A stretch of 47,879 nucleotides of DNA. Origin: Hyphochytrium catenoides (Eukaryota; Protista; Hyphochytriomycota). Under the pieces are notes generated by a model. The model searched no databases. It was not told the DNA's origin and saw only the letters and a list, made by a program, of their open reading frames with translations. Positions 1 through 10,846 of the stretch are shown here, piece after piece (the stretch's first letter is position 1; each line of letters begins with the position of its first letter). The stretch covers positions 1 to 47,879 of the forward strand of contig FLMG01002084.1 of the NCBI GenBank assembly GCA_900088475.1, in the 5' to 3' direction. The position numbers were made by a program, and so were the translations under genes.

Positions 1-1648
1 GCGAATATACACTCAGAGGGAAGACATACTATGATGGGAACTACTATCAGGCAAGCGGCGACGCCAAGCTTACTTCTTGTCTCCTCCGTACCTGCTCTCG
101 TCATCGTCCACCATGGCCTCTCTCCACTCTCGTGTCTGTCTCCACCAGTGTTCCTCTGGCCCACTTTCTCTCCACGCTGTTCGTCTTCTGTCTTCTTACC
201 CTGAACTGCTCGATCCAGGATAAACTATATGGCGGACTGTCCTGCGAAGTCTTCATAGAGGAAGAAGATGAGTGGTTGGAGGCCCAGATCGAGAGAGTGG
301 AGGAGACTGTGGTTCCTCAGACATCTGTCATTCTCCGGAAAGTGCTGGTGGCCTACGATGCGGAGGGAGAGAGGAGAAAGGTAGACAGCCAGCATATTGA
401 CGGCGGAAAGGGTATCTGAGTCCTAACGCAGGAAGGTTAAGGGAAGTTTTCCAGCGTCGATTCGTCATGAAGCCGGAAAGGAGGAAGAGAAGAGAATGAG
501 AGAGAGGGAGAGAGAGAAAGAGATCCCAGAAGATAGAGTACCTTCTATATTCTTCTATGGCCTACATCGTCATTTCAACTAACTCTTTTCTTCCAACCTA
601 TACGCAGCGGAAGGTGTCTCCGGACAACATCCGCATTTTAAAGGCTCCAGACGGAAAGAATCCCTTCGAGGCAGCAAGTAAGCTCATCCTGTTTTCCGAC
701 CCTCTGCTCAGCCCATCACATTTCTTCGTTTGGACCGTTTTTCTCTTTCTTCCCCTTTCCATCCCGTCTTCGTCATAGTTTTCTCCCCTGTTTCTTCAAC
801 CTCTTTCTTTGTTGTCTACCTGCACTCTTCCTTTTTCTCTTCGTGGCACTATTTCCTTTTCTTGATGGGTTCTCTCACTCTCGGTACTGACCGCTCCATT
901 TCGCTCTTAAGCTGTGTTAGCCGTAGAGGAGACTCCAACAGGATTGGGCGCATGGACCACAGTTTCGGTGAGGACGTACGATGAGGAAGAGGAAGCTCGA
1001 CAGGTGAGAGAGTTAACCTCAGCGCTTACATAGAAGGAAGCAGAGGATACGGAAACAAGTACGATAAGGAAGCGCTGGTTGTTTCTACCTCTAGCCTCTC
1101 ACGCCTCTGCCGGTCTCATTCTGTTAGGCTGCTCTTCTGGCGGAAGAAGCTCGAGCAGCTCAGGAGAAGGAGCTGAAGAAGCTACCAAAAGTCTTTGGAG
1201 GTGATCGACGGTTCCCCTGTTTCTTCCTCTTCCTTGAAGAGGAAAGCACCTGCGTAACCCTTGAGACTGTTGCCGCTAGAGGCTAGCCTTTCACAGGGCT
1301 CTCTCCTAAATTTGGCTACTCTATCCGTCTGTCTTCTCCACTTTTCGTTTGGTCTGGATGGTGGCTCCCTTGCTCCCTTCCCTGGTATTGTCCAGTGTAG
1401 GTGGATGCACTTGCCACTCCGCGGTCGGACTTAATTGAGCTTCCTTATCCGTCTTGCGACTTCGCCCATCTTTCTTGCCTGTGCTAGGAGGAGAGGATGA
1501 TGACGATGCAGGAGATGACGCTCTCGGGGCGTATAATCCATTTGGTGGCTCTTACAAGGGCATTGATCTCAGCGCGCAGGCGGAAGAAGCGACTCATCAC
1601 TGGCAGATGGAGCAGAGAATGGAGAAGGTACGTCACGAAGAGGCATAG
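1..1648 (+). CDS. 5'-truncated multi-exon gene; C-terminal part of a probable U1-zinc-finger/WBP4-like spliceosome-associated protein with a Tudor-like domain
   Basis: Exons about <1-50, 219-380, ~608-677, ~921-1002, ~1128-1200 and ~1488-1627/1648 join in frame: EYTLRGKTYYDGNYYQ|DKLYGGLSCEVFIEEEDEWLEAQIERV...LVAYDAEGERRK|RKVSPDNIRIL...|...TPTGLGAWTTVSVRTYDEEEE...|...DALGAYNPFGGSYKGIDL. The family call rests on recalled motifs (TGLGxWxTV, YNPxGGxYKG). The 3' end is ambiguous: stop at 1648, or a further intron 1628-1674. Confidence 0.6.
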
Positions 1649-2204
1649 CCTTTCTTTTCCTGATTGCTTTTCAGCGGTCAATATATTCAAAAGGAACAGT
1701 GGTGGTAGAGGCGAAGAGCACTAGAGCGAGAGAGAGGGAGGGCATAGATAAACCCACAGGAAAGACATAGAGAGAACAAGGCGTGTGGCTGAGAGACAAA
1801 AAGGAGTGGATTGCATGAGGGCCAATCTAAGTTTGCTCTTCCATATTCGCATGTTAGGACTCTCATGGACCCGTGGCGTTCAAGAAGAGAAAGATCCATA
1901 ACAATAAAGGCAGGCGGAGGACCACAGCCGACTAGCAATTGGAGCAAAGAGTGGGAGAAGACGAAAGAATAACGACGGAGAAGCGTATGCACCTCACCCG
2001 AGTATATATGAGAGAGAGAAAGAGAGAGAGAGAGAAAGAGAGGAGCATGAGGCTAGCAATACATCTGCCAGAGTAACCAAAACTATTTATTTTTTTATAT
2101 TTAGATGCAAGGACAAAAAGCTGTTGTCGAGATGTCGCTCCTCGTCTCCAGGAAATGATCACTTGATGAGGGAAACAGACATCGAGAGAGAGACGGCGAG
2201 GTAG

Positions 2205-3482
2205 TTACATCCATAGAATATCGGAAGAAGGAAGAGACAGATCGTTTGCCGCCATCGAACTAACGGTCGCGGCGCTGGAAAGGGAGAGAGAAGATGAGGA
2301 TGACGTGAGAGAGACACCTCCCTGAGGGTTTAGAGGAAGACTGTCAATCATCGTCACGTTCTCATCAAAGAGAAAGGGGCTCCCAGCCTCTGCAGCATCC
2401 ATATTTCCAAAATCCAAATCCAGATCTCCAGCTAAGAGCTCAATGAAGCTCTGGTCCAGGTCCTGCATCAGCGGATAGAGCTCCTGCCAGGAGGAGCTGC
2501 GGGAAAGGCCGTTGAAAGAGGGCTCGGACTTCACAGGTGCTACTTGGCAAGACAGATCCACCTCCTGAGAGAAAGAAGCCGTAGGAAGAGAGAGAGACAT
2601 GCCGGTTGCTCTTCCTGCCACTCTTGCTGCCGAGCAAGCTGAGGTCCTCAGGAGCTGATCCTGGCTGATTGAAGCAAGAAAGGCCTGCTCAAGCTGCTTC
2701 AGCTCCTCCTCCGTGGCGGTCATCACTCTCGGGTCCACAGTCTTCGGCGTGTAAAGGAGCTTTCCAATGCGATCTGCGCCCACAAACTTCTTAGAGATTC
2801 TCATCGGCGGACAGTTTAGCTTCTTGGCCAAGAAAGCACGAAGGGTTGTTCCCTCTTCCAACTTCAAAAGACCTTTCTCAAAGGCCCAGATAAGGCGATG
2901 AGCATATGCTTCTTCCTCTTCAGTCCATTGACCCTTACGCGTGCCGTTGGCGTCACAAGAGGAGCGAGGACGTGCAAGCTGTGAGACGCAGGTAGGAGAG
3001 CGTCTTCCTGCCTCAGGAGAGAGAGATAGTGACGAAGAGACCGTGGAGAAAGTCTCCTCACTCTTGACAGAAGAGGAAGACGATGGTGAGGGAGACTCTG
3101 GGAGCTTTTCTTCAAAGAACAAGCTTGGGTCCTTGGCTGCCTCTTCTCCTTGAGCGAGAAGAGCGGGAGGAGGGACAAGCTTAGGCCTCTTCAGAGTCTG
3201 CTTCTCCATCTCGACAGCCTTTCTCTTGGCAGCACTGCAGCATCGTCCAGTGCTGAGATACTTCTTGACATCTTCTCCCATCTCTAGAAGAAGAGGCTGC
3301 CAGATTCTCTTTCTCGCATTGACGAACCAGTTGAGCACCTGCTTTGGGTCGATGCCTGCCTTGGTGGCCAGCTCATGTCTCTCTTGGATGGTCGGGTAAG
3401 GATGGGCAAAGTGCTCTTCAGAGAGCAGCCAGGCCTTCAGCACGTCCGTGGCACGCTTGTCGATGTTCCTCTTGGCTACCAT
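2205..3482 (-). CDS. TALE-class homeodomain transcription factor fused to a stramenopile-type Myb/SANT-like domain (425 aa, intronless)
   Basis: N-terminal LKAWLLSEEHFAHPYPTIQERHELATKAGIDPKQVLNWFVNARKRIWQP has the HPYP loop and WFxNxR helix 3. Central RKGQWTEEEEAYAHRLIWAFEKGLLKLEEGTTLRAFLAKKLNCPPMRISKKFVG. C-terminus is acidic and Ser-rich. Confidence 0.92.
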   Translation of the reverse strand: MVAKRNIDKRATDVLKAWLLSEEHFAHPYPTIQERHELATKAGIDPKQVLNWFVNARKRIWQPLLLEMGEDVKKYLSTGRCCSAAKRKAVEMEKQTLKRPKLVPPPALLAQGEEAAKDPSLFFEEKLPESPSPSSSSSVKSEETFSTVSSSLSLSPEAGRRSPTCVSQLARPRSSCDANGTRKGQWTEEEEAYAHRLIWAFEKGLLKLEEGTTLRAFLAKKLNCPPMRISKKFVGADRIGKLLYTPKTVDPRVMTATEEELKQLEQAFLASISQDQLLRTSACSAARVAGRATGMSLSLPTASFSQEVDLSCQVAPVKSEPSFNGLSRSSSWQELYPLMQDLDQSFIELLAGDLDLDFGNMDAAEAGSPFLFDENVTMIDSLPLNPQGGVSLTSSSSSLSLSSAATVSSMAANDLSLPSSDILWM

Positions 3483-3489
3483 ATTGTCC

Positions 3490-4027
3490 GAAAGAGAGAG
3501 AGAGAGAGAAAGAGAGAGACTCTCGGTTGCGGTGTCTTAAGGTTAAAGAGTTTAAACTAGGAGAGGGAGAGAGAGAGGAACAGGGGACGTCTAGTCGCCG
3601 ACGGTCTGGCCGATCACCTTCAGACAGTCGATGAACACAAGGTAGAAGGACGGGTTGACCATGTTCAGGGCCCCAGGCGGGGGCGTCAAACGGAGAGAAA
3701 GAGAGAGAGACTTGAAAGTTGAAAACTGGGAGAGACGAACTTCCCAGTCCTGGCCGAGGAGAAAGACGGTCAGGCCTACCTCGTTGTGAGAAGAGAGAGA
3801 GAGAAAAAGTGGGAGAGATCCAAGAAGAGCTAGCTGCTAATATTTCTTGGTCCTTGGCGAAGGGAGAGCTCTAAGAGAGAGAGAGAGACGCAGGGAGAGA
3901 GCACTCGTTTGGAAGAGAAAGGGACAGCTCACCACTGGCTCCGGGAAATCTGGAAATGACCAGCGAGGAGGGGACTGCGGATCTTTTGCTGGGCCCGACG
4001 GCGGAAAGCACAGGCCAATAGAAAAAC

Positions 4028-4058
<31 letters not shown>

Positions 4059-4292
4059 TTGAGAGAGACAGAAGAGGTAAATTAGTTAGACAGGCGAGGG
4101 GCTACTGCTGATGATGTCATCCAGATGTGTGATACGAGAGAGAGAGAGAGAGAGACAAAGGCCGTTGGTCCTTTGCTTTTATTCGTTGTTGTCTCCCCGT
4201 CACGCCCCTTCTAGGCCCACTCTTTCTTGTCCAACTCCTTACTATTTATTCCCTCATCCTACCTCTCTCTCTCTCTCTCCCTCTCTCTCTCT

Positions 4293-4324
<32 letters not shown>

Positions 4325-4491
4325 TATCCATGGTTGGTTGCCCTCTTGTGTGGTCAGGAAGGAGGCGGAAGAATCCTGGTGGAGGGAGATTCTCCCAGTA
4401 GAAATGTATAGCAAAAGAACCAGTGGGGTCTCAAGGGTAGGAGAGTGCAACAGACAGAGCGTGAGACTTCATAACGTAATGGCCTGAAAAA

Positions 4492-4562
<71 letters not shown>

Positions 4563-5662
4563 GCGGTTGATTGAGAGAGGGAGCAGAGTGGTAAAGTGGA
4601 AGAGGAAGAGACATCCCAAACCTGCCAGGTCCAGCTCTTTGCCCTTCTGTTTCGTGGAAATACTTCCATTCTCTCGAACGTATTCCCCATGGCTGTAGGA
4701 CTACTAGCGGTTGGAAGCACTAGATTCCTATAAACTAACCCTTATTGTACCGTATAGTATGGTAGAACCTCAAAAAATACCGGCTTCGATAATCTAAGCC
4801 TCATCCGTCAGCTGTCACTATTGGTAGTAGTATAATGAATATTTAACCTAATCCTTAGCCGCGTCATTGTTATTGTAATCGCCCTTATGGCTGGTGTCGT
4901 ATCGTCTAGACCTCATCCTTCACTCTCTCTGTCTAGAGGGTCAGCCGCCCTTCTTCAACTGAGAGATTCCGAATGTGAAGCGTTATACTGCCTCTCATAC
5001 CCAATATCCAGAATATCATTCTAAACACGTGATGTCACAAGGTAGATTGGATTCATTGGTAGCTGAGAGATATTAGAGGTGGCACATAAATCCACTTCTG
5101 AGCTTGGAGAGACAGAATAGGAATATATCACCGAGGTCAGAGTGGTGAGATGTCGAAAATGATGGATAGATAGTCTGTCTCTCTCTCTCTCCCTCTCTCT
5201 CTCTCTTTCCCCACTGTTTTCCTCACACGTCCCCCATCTCTCTTCTTGTGGCGGATGTGGCGCTTTCAAGGCTAAGCAGGCGCCTGTGTGTGGTTTGGGC
5301 AGTGAGAATGTTTGGGGCAAAGAGAGAGAGACACCTTTGGTCAGCCTTTGGCTAGATTCTTTGAGATGAGGCGAGAGAAGTCGACGGCTGGCAGCACTGG
5401 CACGTGGTTGGGCGGGCCCCTGTCTGTCTCTGTCTCTGTCTCTCACAAGTAGCAGGTGCGAGGAAATGAGAGAGGATGCCAAAGATGTGGCTGGGAAGAG
5501 GAAGTCCAAGGGATCTAGCAAGGTGGGTGAGGATCGAGACAGAGATAACAGAGAGATTGCTATCTATGGAAGACGCTTAGCTAAAAATATAGACAGAGTC
5601 CTGAGAGATTTTCTAGGAAGCAAGAGGAGGAAGCGGTTTGGACATCTTTGTGTGGCTGCTAG

Positions 5663-5708
<46 letters not shown>

Positions 5709-6323
5709 CTTTCTCTCTATCCGTGCCGTACAGTGCAGTTGAAGCAGGCGCACTTCGGTAGCCAAAACGGCCTAAGACATGGGTAAATTTTACTCTTCCC
5801 TTTCCTCATCTCTTCGTCTTTTGACCCTCTTCCTCCTCTCTTCCCAAGCTCCCTCTCCCGCCTGTCCAAGGTCGAAAGGACCTGCTAGTTCAACTGGCGC
5901 AACCAATGAGAGGTAGCGGGAAGAGAGAGACTGGCGCCAGTGCAGAGATTAACTAGCCTGGGAGAGAGAGAGACAGGATGAGAGAGAGAAAGAAAGGGAA
6001 GAGAAAAGAGAAGACTTCCTCAAGCGTGTTCGTCAGAGAGGACCCACCCTTTGTACCGCACGCTGACGCTAAAGCAACAGGTGCACTTGAACTATGAACC
6101 CGCAACGCTTCGATGGATGAACTTCTCTCTTCTCTCTCCATTTATGTGCTTGTATGTGAAGGCGGCGAAGGGCACACCTCCGCCAGTCATTTCCTTCGAA
6201 TCTCTGTTCGCTCTAAAAGAGAGAGCACAAAAATGTCCACAAGGGAGACAAAGCCTTTCACGGCAGCAGCCTCCATCTTTGAAGGGGAAGGATCAACGAA
6301 GCTTAATGAAAATGAGAACGAGG

Positions 6324-6370
<47 letters not shown>

Positions 6371-6490
6371 GGGAGAGGGAGGAGAGAGGAAGGCGACACG
6401 TAGATACGAATAGTAGCAGGTAAAACAGGAAGAGAGAGAGAAGAGAGAGAGGGAGGGAGAGAACGAGAGAGCTAGGGAAGAGAGAGTGAC
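3490..6490. repeat. Cluster of (GA)n and (CT)n microsatellites in both orientations upstream of the homeobox gene
   Basis: GA tracts at ~3490-3520, 4028-4070, 4136-4155, 4497-4561, 6330-6390. CT tracts at ~4262-4325, 5176-5206, 5664-5706. Confidence 0.9.
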
Positions 6491-7636
6491 ACCTGCTGCA
6501 AGTCCAGGAAGTGCAGCGCTTGTGATGGAGGCCTCTTATACAGCGCAGGTGTGAGTTCACGACAGAACACCAATGGAAGGCTGGAAAGGTTTATAGAGAA
6601 GAGAGACGACTTAGCCCCGCAAGAAGAGGAAGAAAGAGCCAGACAATCAGAGGACGGAACCTAATAAAGAGAAGTGAAGAACAGAGAGAACTAACCGTTG
6701 CTGACGATGAGTGGATGCGACCAAGTCCGGCGCCACTTCCCGTCATTCACTTCCCCTGTAGAGCAACTACCCATACCTTAGTTCCTCGTAGAGAGATCAC
6801 TCGCATGCTTCTTCCGTTTACTGTCGTGACTGTGGCGCGGGGGCCAAGGAGTGAAGAAGGATCCAAGAACATTGTGATGAGCAGGAAGCAAACCATCATC
6901 GTGTCGCCATCCAGGATATATCACCTCAGTTCCGCGGCGAAACATTCCTCGCGCCAACCTCTTCCTTCCGCCCTCTTCTCGGCCTCGTAGGATGGAATCT
7001 TCCTTTCTCGAATTTTCTGCATGCGATCGACGTGCTCCTGGCAGTCCTCACTGGCTGCGATGGGCTTCACCTCTTTCACCAATATCCTCATCTACTACTA
7101 AGCCTAAATTCATAGCGCTCCTGCTGCCAAGAGAAGGCCCAGCAACAGATTCACTCAACATATTTAGTCTCTTCCCCCTTTGACCGCTCCTTCATGTCTT
7201 AGCAGCATTATACCTTTCATTGACTAACCGACTCGACAGCTAGCTGTAGGCAACCCCGCTTTAGGAATAAATGGGTTCCCGTCCGGGACTGCGGTGCCTT
7301 ACTCTAGAGTGTACTTGTCAGTTACCGCGTTGAGAAACTGCATCCCGACAACAACGGTCTGCAAATGCAATTCAGACATGAGATGGTCTATATAACTAAG
7401 CGGCAGAGCAACGCTGAGTCAATGACAAGGGGAAAAGCAAGATTAGGTTGTTGCATTGAGTGTTATAGACTCTGAACTCCTTTTGCGGCCAGAGTGTGAC
7501 TAGTAACATGAATAACGCCTAGGACAGAAACGGATAGACATAGGGCATGTGGACAATGTTAGGCCGAGCTCTAAGGAGTTGATATGTCCATCTTGCTTCC
7601 GCTGTTGCTACTCCCGGGCCTTCCTCAAATTGGACC

Positions 7637-7708
7637 GGGAGCGGGAGAGAAGATGGCATTGGGAGCGCAAGATGGCATTGGGAGCGGGAAGAGAAGATGG
7701 CATTGGGC
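7637..7708 (+). repeat. Three-copy imperfect tandem repeat GGGAGCG(n)AAGATGGCATT
   Basis: Units 7637-7660, 7661-7679 and 7680-7704 share GGGAGCG...AAGATGGCATT. Confidence 0.85.
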
Positions 7709-8303
7709 TACAGATGTTCCTCTTTCAATACACTTGCCCTACCATCAATATCACGAAATGACTGTCTGCTATGGGAAGGACTCAGTCCTGTGGCAATCGT
7801 CCCCGCCTGTTTAATCCAGCACATAAAATTGATCCCCCAACGGGCAAAGAGCGTACACCCGAGGAGTACCTTTCTTCTGAATGACCTTTCGCTGAAGTCG
7901 CCCCAACACTTCGCCATCACCTTTCCCAGCAATTGCTGGCCGCAAGAACAAAGGAAAGACTACCTCGTCGACCTCCCGCAAAATGACAGGTGGTCACGGT
8001 GGATAGACTCTAGACCGCACTGCAAGTGCACTGTGCAGTCCTCGGGCCAGATATAGATTCTGGAGCAGATGCAGGATTGGTTGGAGACTCATGATCTATG
8101 GGATGACTTATGAGGTTTACTACTGGTACTAATTTATAATAGGCGTCTGTAAGAGTGCAGGTCCACCCGCGCTAAGCTACTCTCATCCTGCTTGGCTTAG
8201 CGTGTAATGTGTGCAAGCCACTGATAAAGGAGAAATGAACGGAGAAGTATTTATAAGAGGGAGATATCTTGGAAGCCCACAAGCAAGGCGGAGGATCGCC
8301 ACG

Positions 8304-9008
8304 TTACACAGCATTGTGCGCCCGATACTGGTAGCTGTCCTTGCTATGGCTCTCATGCGAGAATCCTCGCGCCGTACGGGTAAACTGTATGAACATGCCT
8401 GCCAGAGCTAGGACAATTGTTGCCGCAAAGTACGCCCACCAGCTGTCCCGCACTCCTGGGTTCTCGCCACTAACAGCCTCCTCCACGTCATTCTTGTTAG
8501 GGAGGCCATAGCTTCCAATAAAGAAGCCAGCGCCAGCTACCGCATAGTAGGCGCCTTCCCAAGAAGAGATGATGATGATACCAGGCCGGATGAAAAGCAG
8601 AACCAGCACGCCAATTGCCAGTGCGCACACACCTATGGAGACCCACATCACGACGTCCTGGTGGCCGGGAGAGATCTTGTAAAGGAAGCTGTCAAAGAGG
8701 AAGCGACCGAGAACTGCGCCGCCCAGCGCACCTAAGACAAAGACTGCTAGTTTGAAAAGGGTGAAGGCCAACACAGCGCCGACCACACCACCAATGGCGA
8801 AGGCAATCCATGAAGCTGTGTCGTTAGCGTCTGTTGCCTCATACGTGATGGCGTAAGCAATAGATCCCAGAAGCAGGAAGCCAGCGATCGCTAGCGTAAC
8901 TCGATATATTCTATATCCAAAGAAGCATATAATCAACCCCACAGGGATGATGATGCCCGCGGCAACATTGGCGGGCACGCCTTCGATCTGGATGTCGGCG
9001 CCAGCCAT
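8304..9008 (-). CDS. TM7S3/TMEM198-like (DUF4203) multi-pass membrane protein, 234 aa, intronless
   Basis: About 7 Gly-rich hydrophobic helices. Family-like motifs GLIICFFGYRIYRVTLAIAGF, FVLGALGG, IIISSWEGAY and LALAGMFIQ. Confidence 0.8.
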   Translation of the reverse strand: MAGADIQIEGVPANVAAGIIIPVGLIICFFGYRIYRVTLAIAGFLLLGSIAYAITYEATDANDTASWIAFAIGGVVGAVLAFTLFKLAVFVLGALGGAVLGRFLFDSFLYKISPGHQDVVMWVSIGVCALAIGVLVLLFIRPGIIIISSWEGAYYAVAGAGFFIGSYGLPNKNDVEEAVSGENPGVRDSWWAYFAATIVLALAGMFIQFTRTARGFSHESHSKDSYQYRAHNAV

Positions 9009-9299
9009 ACTTCCTTGCTACTTATTGATAAAGCACCTCCTCTTGGCCGATAAGTTGATTGGGAGCCTTTCCTCTATTAGTTAACCTCGGTGCCACGCCA
9101 CGGAGAGTGAAACTTTGCTAATGAGGAGCTGGATGTCAATGGCTTTTGAATAGATATGGTAAATCTGAGACTGGCCTTGACCTTTTCCTTGGACAATTCA
9201 GTCGGCGCCCAGACTGGGATGATGCCTGGAAAGATCTTTCAGCTTCTGAAAGCAGTACAGTACAGTAGCAGAAGGTTCTGAGGACATGAGAGACAACGC

Positions 9300-9300
<1 letters not shown>

Positions 9301-9338
<38 letters not shown>

Positions 9339-9509
9339 AACGAAGAAAAAGAGAGAGCAGTAAGAAAGAAAGACAGAGGGAGAGACGGAGAATGAGAGAA
9401 GAGAAAGAGTGAGAGAGAGTGAGAGAAGGGGAGAACGAAAGAGAGAGAGAGAGAGACAGAGAGACAGAGAGAGAGAGAGAGAGAGACAGAGAGACAGAGA
9501 GAGAGAGAC

Positions 9510-9550
<41 letters not shown>

Positions 9551-9590
9551 AAGAAAAAGAGACAAGAGACAGCAAGAGACACGAAGGGAG
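9301..9590. repeat. (GA)n/GACA compound microsatellite (CT-rich on the sense strand of the TMEM198-like gene)
   Basis: Seen directly. Confidence 0.9.
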
Positions 9591-9801
9591 GATGACGGCA
9601 GTGGTGGCGGCGGCAGACATAGACACAAAGTAGGAACGAAATGGGCAAACTGGATCTAGTTATAAGCTTTGTGAAGTAAGACACTAAACCATTCCGATCG
9701 AGGATCAGCGGGCTTCCTCTGAGTATATTCCTGTTACCTCTCGTTCTTATTAAGAATATGATGAGCAATCTGTTTTATGTCCTTGGGTTTGAATCTCGCC
9801 T

Positions 9802-9886
9802 CTGATTGGCTACAAGTATTTACAATTTACCCAATAAGATGGAGCTAGAGACTTAGTCCGCCCTACATCCTGAACCTGATTGGCTA
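9802..9886 (-). promoter_or_regulatory. CCAAT-box cluster, putative NF-Y promoter of the TMEM198-like gene
   Basis: Identical 11-mer CTGATTGGCTA (TAGCCAATCAG on minus) at 9802 and 9876, plus CCAAT at 9831, just upstream of the CT-rich leader. Confidence 0.5.
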
Positions 9887-10767
9887 ATGCTTCCCCTGCG
9901 TCTTAGGCCATGTCCAGGACAGAGGAAAGGGAAATCTGGTGATGGGACGGAACGCGCTGTCCACCGTGGAACGACCTTTGACCTCTAACGACCGTTAGCG
10001 GCTCCTCATCCACCACCTAACGACCGATCCTTTCCCCTCCTCCTCCGTCCTCCTCTCTCCCTTGGGTGGTCGGGGTCGGGCTGCTTATCATCCTGTTCCA
10101 GTCTAATGATCAAGGAAAGATAATAAGGCATCGCCTCCGCGCCGTCAAGAACCTTATCATCTTTTGTCCATCCTTTCTTCTGATACTTCTATAGAAGTGG
10201 TTAGAGGCCCCACGGGCACAATCGGCACGGCGTAACGACGCCCCCGAATTAAAGTAACTTGTTATCAAACGTCCTTTCCCAGAATGGTAGTAGGATTTTA
10301 TTAGCACAAGAATTAATGATATAACGTATGTAGCGTTGTTGCGCGCTCTTAGTCGTTAGACTCCATGGCAAGGAGGCAAAACCATAGAGAAGGAAGCAGC
10401 GGTCACCCAAAACTTCTCTTCCTTCTCAACCTCCTTCCGGCCTCGTAATACCCGGGATGCAAATGAAAGTCAAAGGATACAGATAGCCTTTGTCTACCAA
10501 TCATACACCATCAACACAACGTCATCCCGAAAAAAGCCCTAATAGCTTTGAATTTTTATAGATTAGATGAACTGTTGTCCCATTACTAAACGTGTCAAGG
10601 AGCAACGGGGTGGTGGAGATGGAGATTGGTTGTTGATGGTGGTGATGGTTCAAGACTCAAGCAGAGTCCGCCGACGATCAGAACCCCTTGGCAAACGGGA
10701 TGGGGCATGGAAGGAAAGTAGGGAAGGAAGCGTACACCCGGGAACAACCGGAATAAGTAGCGCTCGT

Positions 10768-10846
10768 CGACACCGAAAAAGATACAGAAAATGACCAGCA
10801 AGAGCAGCGCCCGCCGACACAGAATAGATACAGAAAATGACCAGCA
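10768..10846 (+). repeat. Short direct duplication with a 21-bp identical core and 46-bp period
   Basis: AGATACAGAAAATGACCAGCA at 10780-10800 and 10826-10846, each preceded by CGACAC. Confidence 0.85.

Noticed and set aside
9136-9768. Long ORFs rich in LSLSLS or RERERE (also 11808-12473, 27720-28274, 36887-37372, 43833-44300)
   Set aside because: These are translations of (CT)n/(GA)n microsatellites, which lack stop codons; they are not proteins.
9755-9810. ATGATGA...CTGA (C/D snoRNA-like) and GGTTTGAATC (tRNA B-box-like)
   Set aside because: Too short, no terminal stem or cloverleaf, and the CTGA is part of a CCAAT box.
7637-10846. Short repeats considered as a CRISPR-like array
   Set aside because: Only 2-3 copies each, no unique spacers of constant length, no cas genes, and a eukaryotic context.
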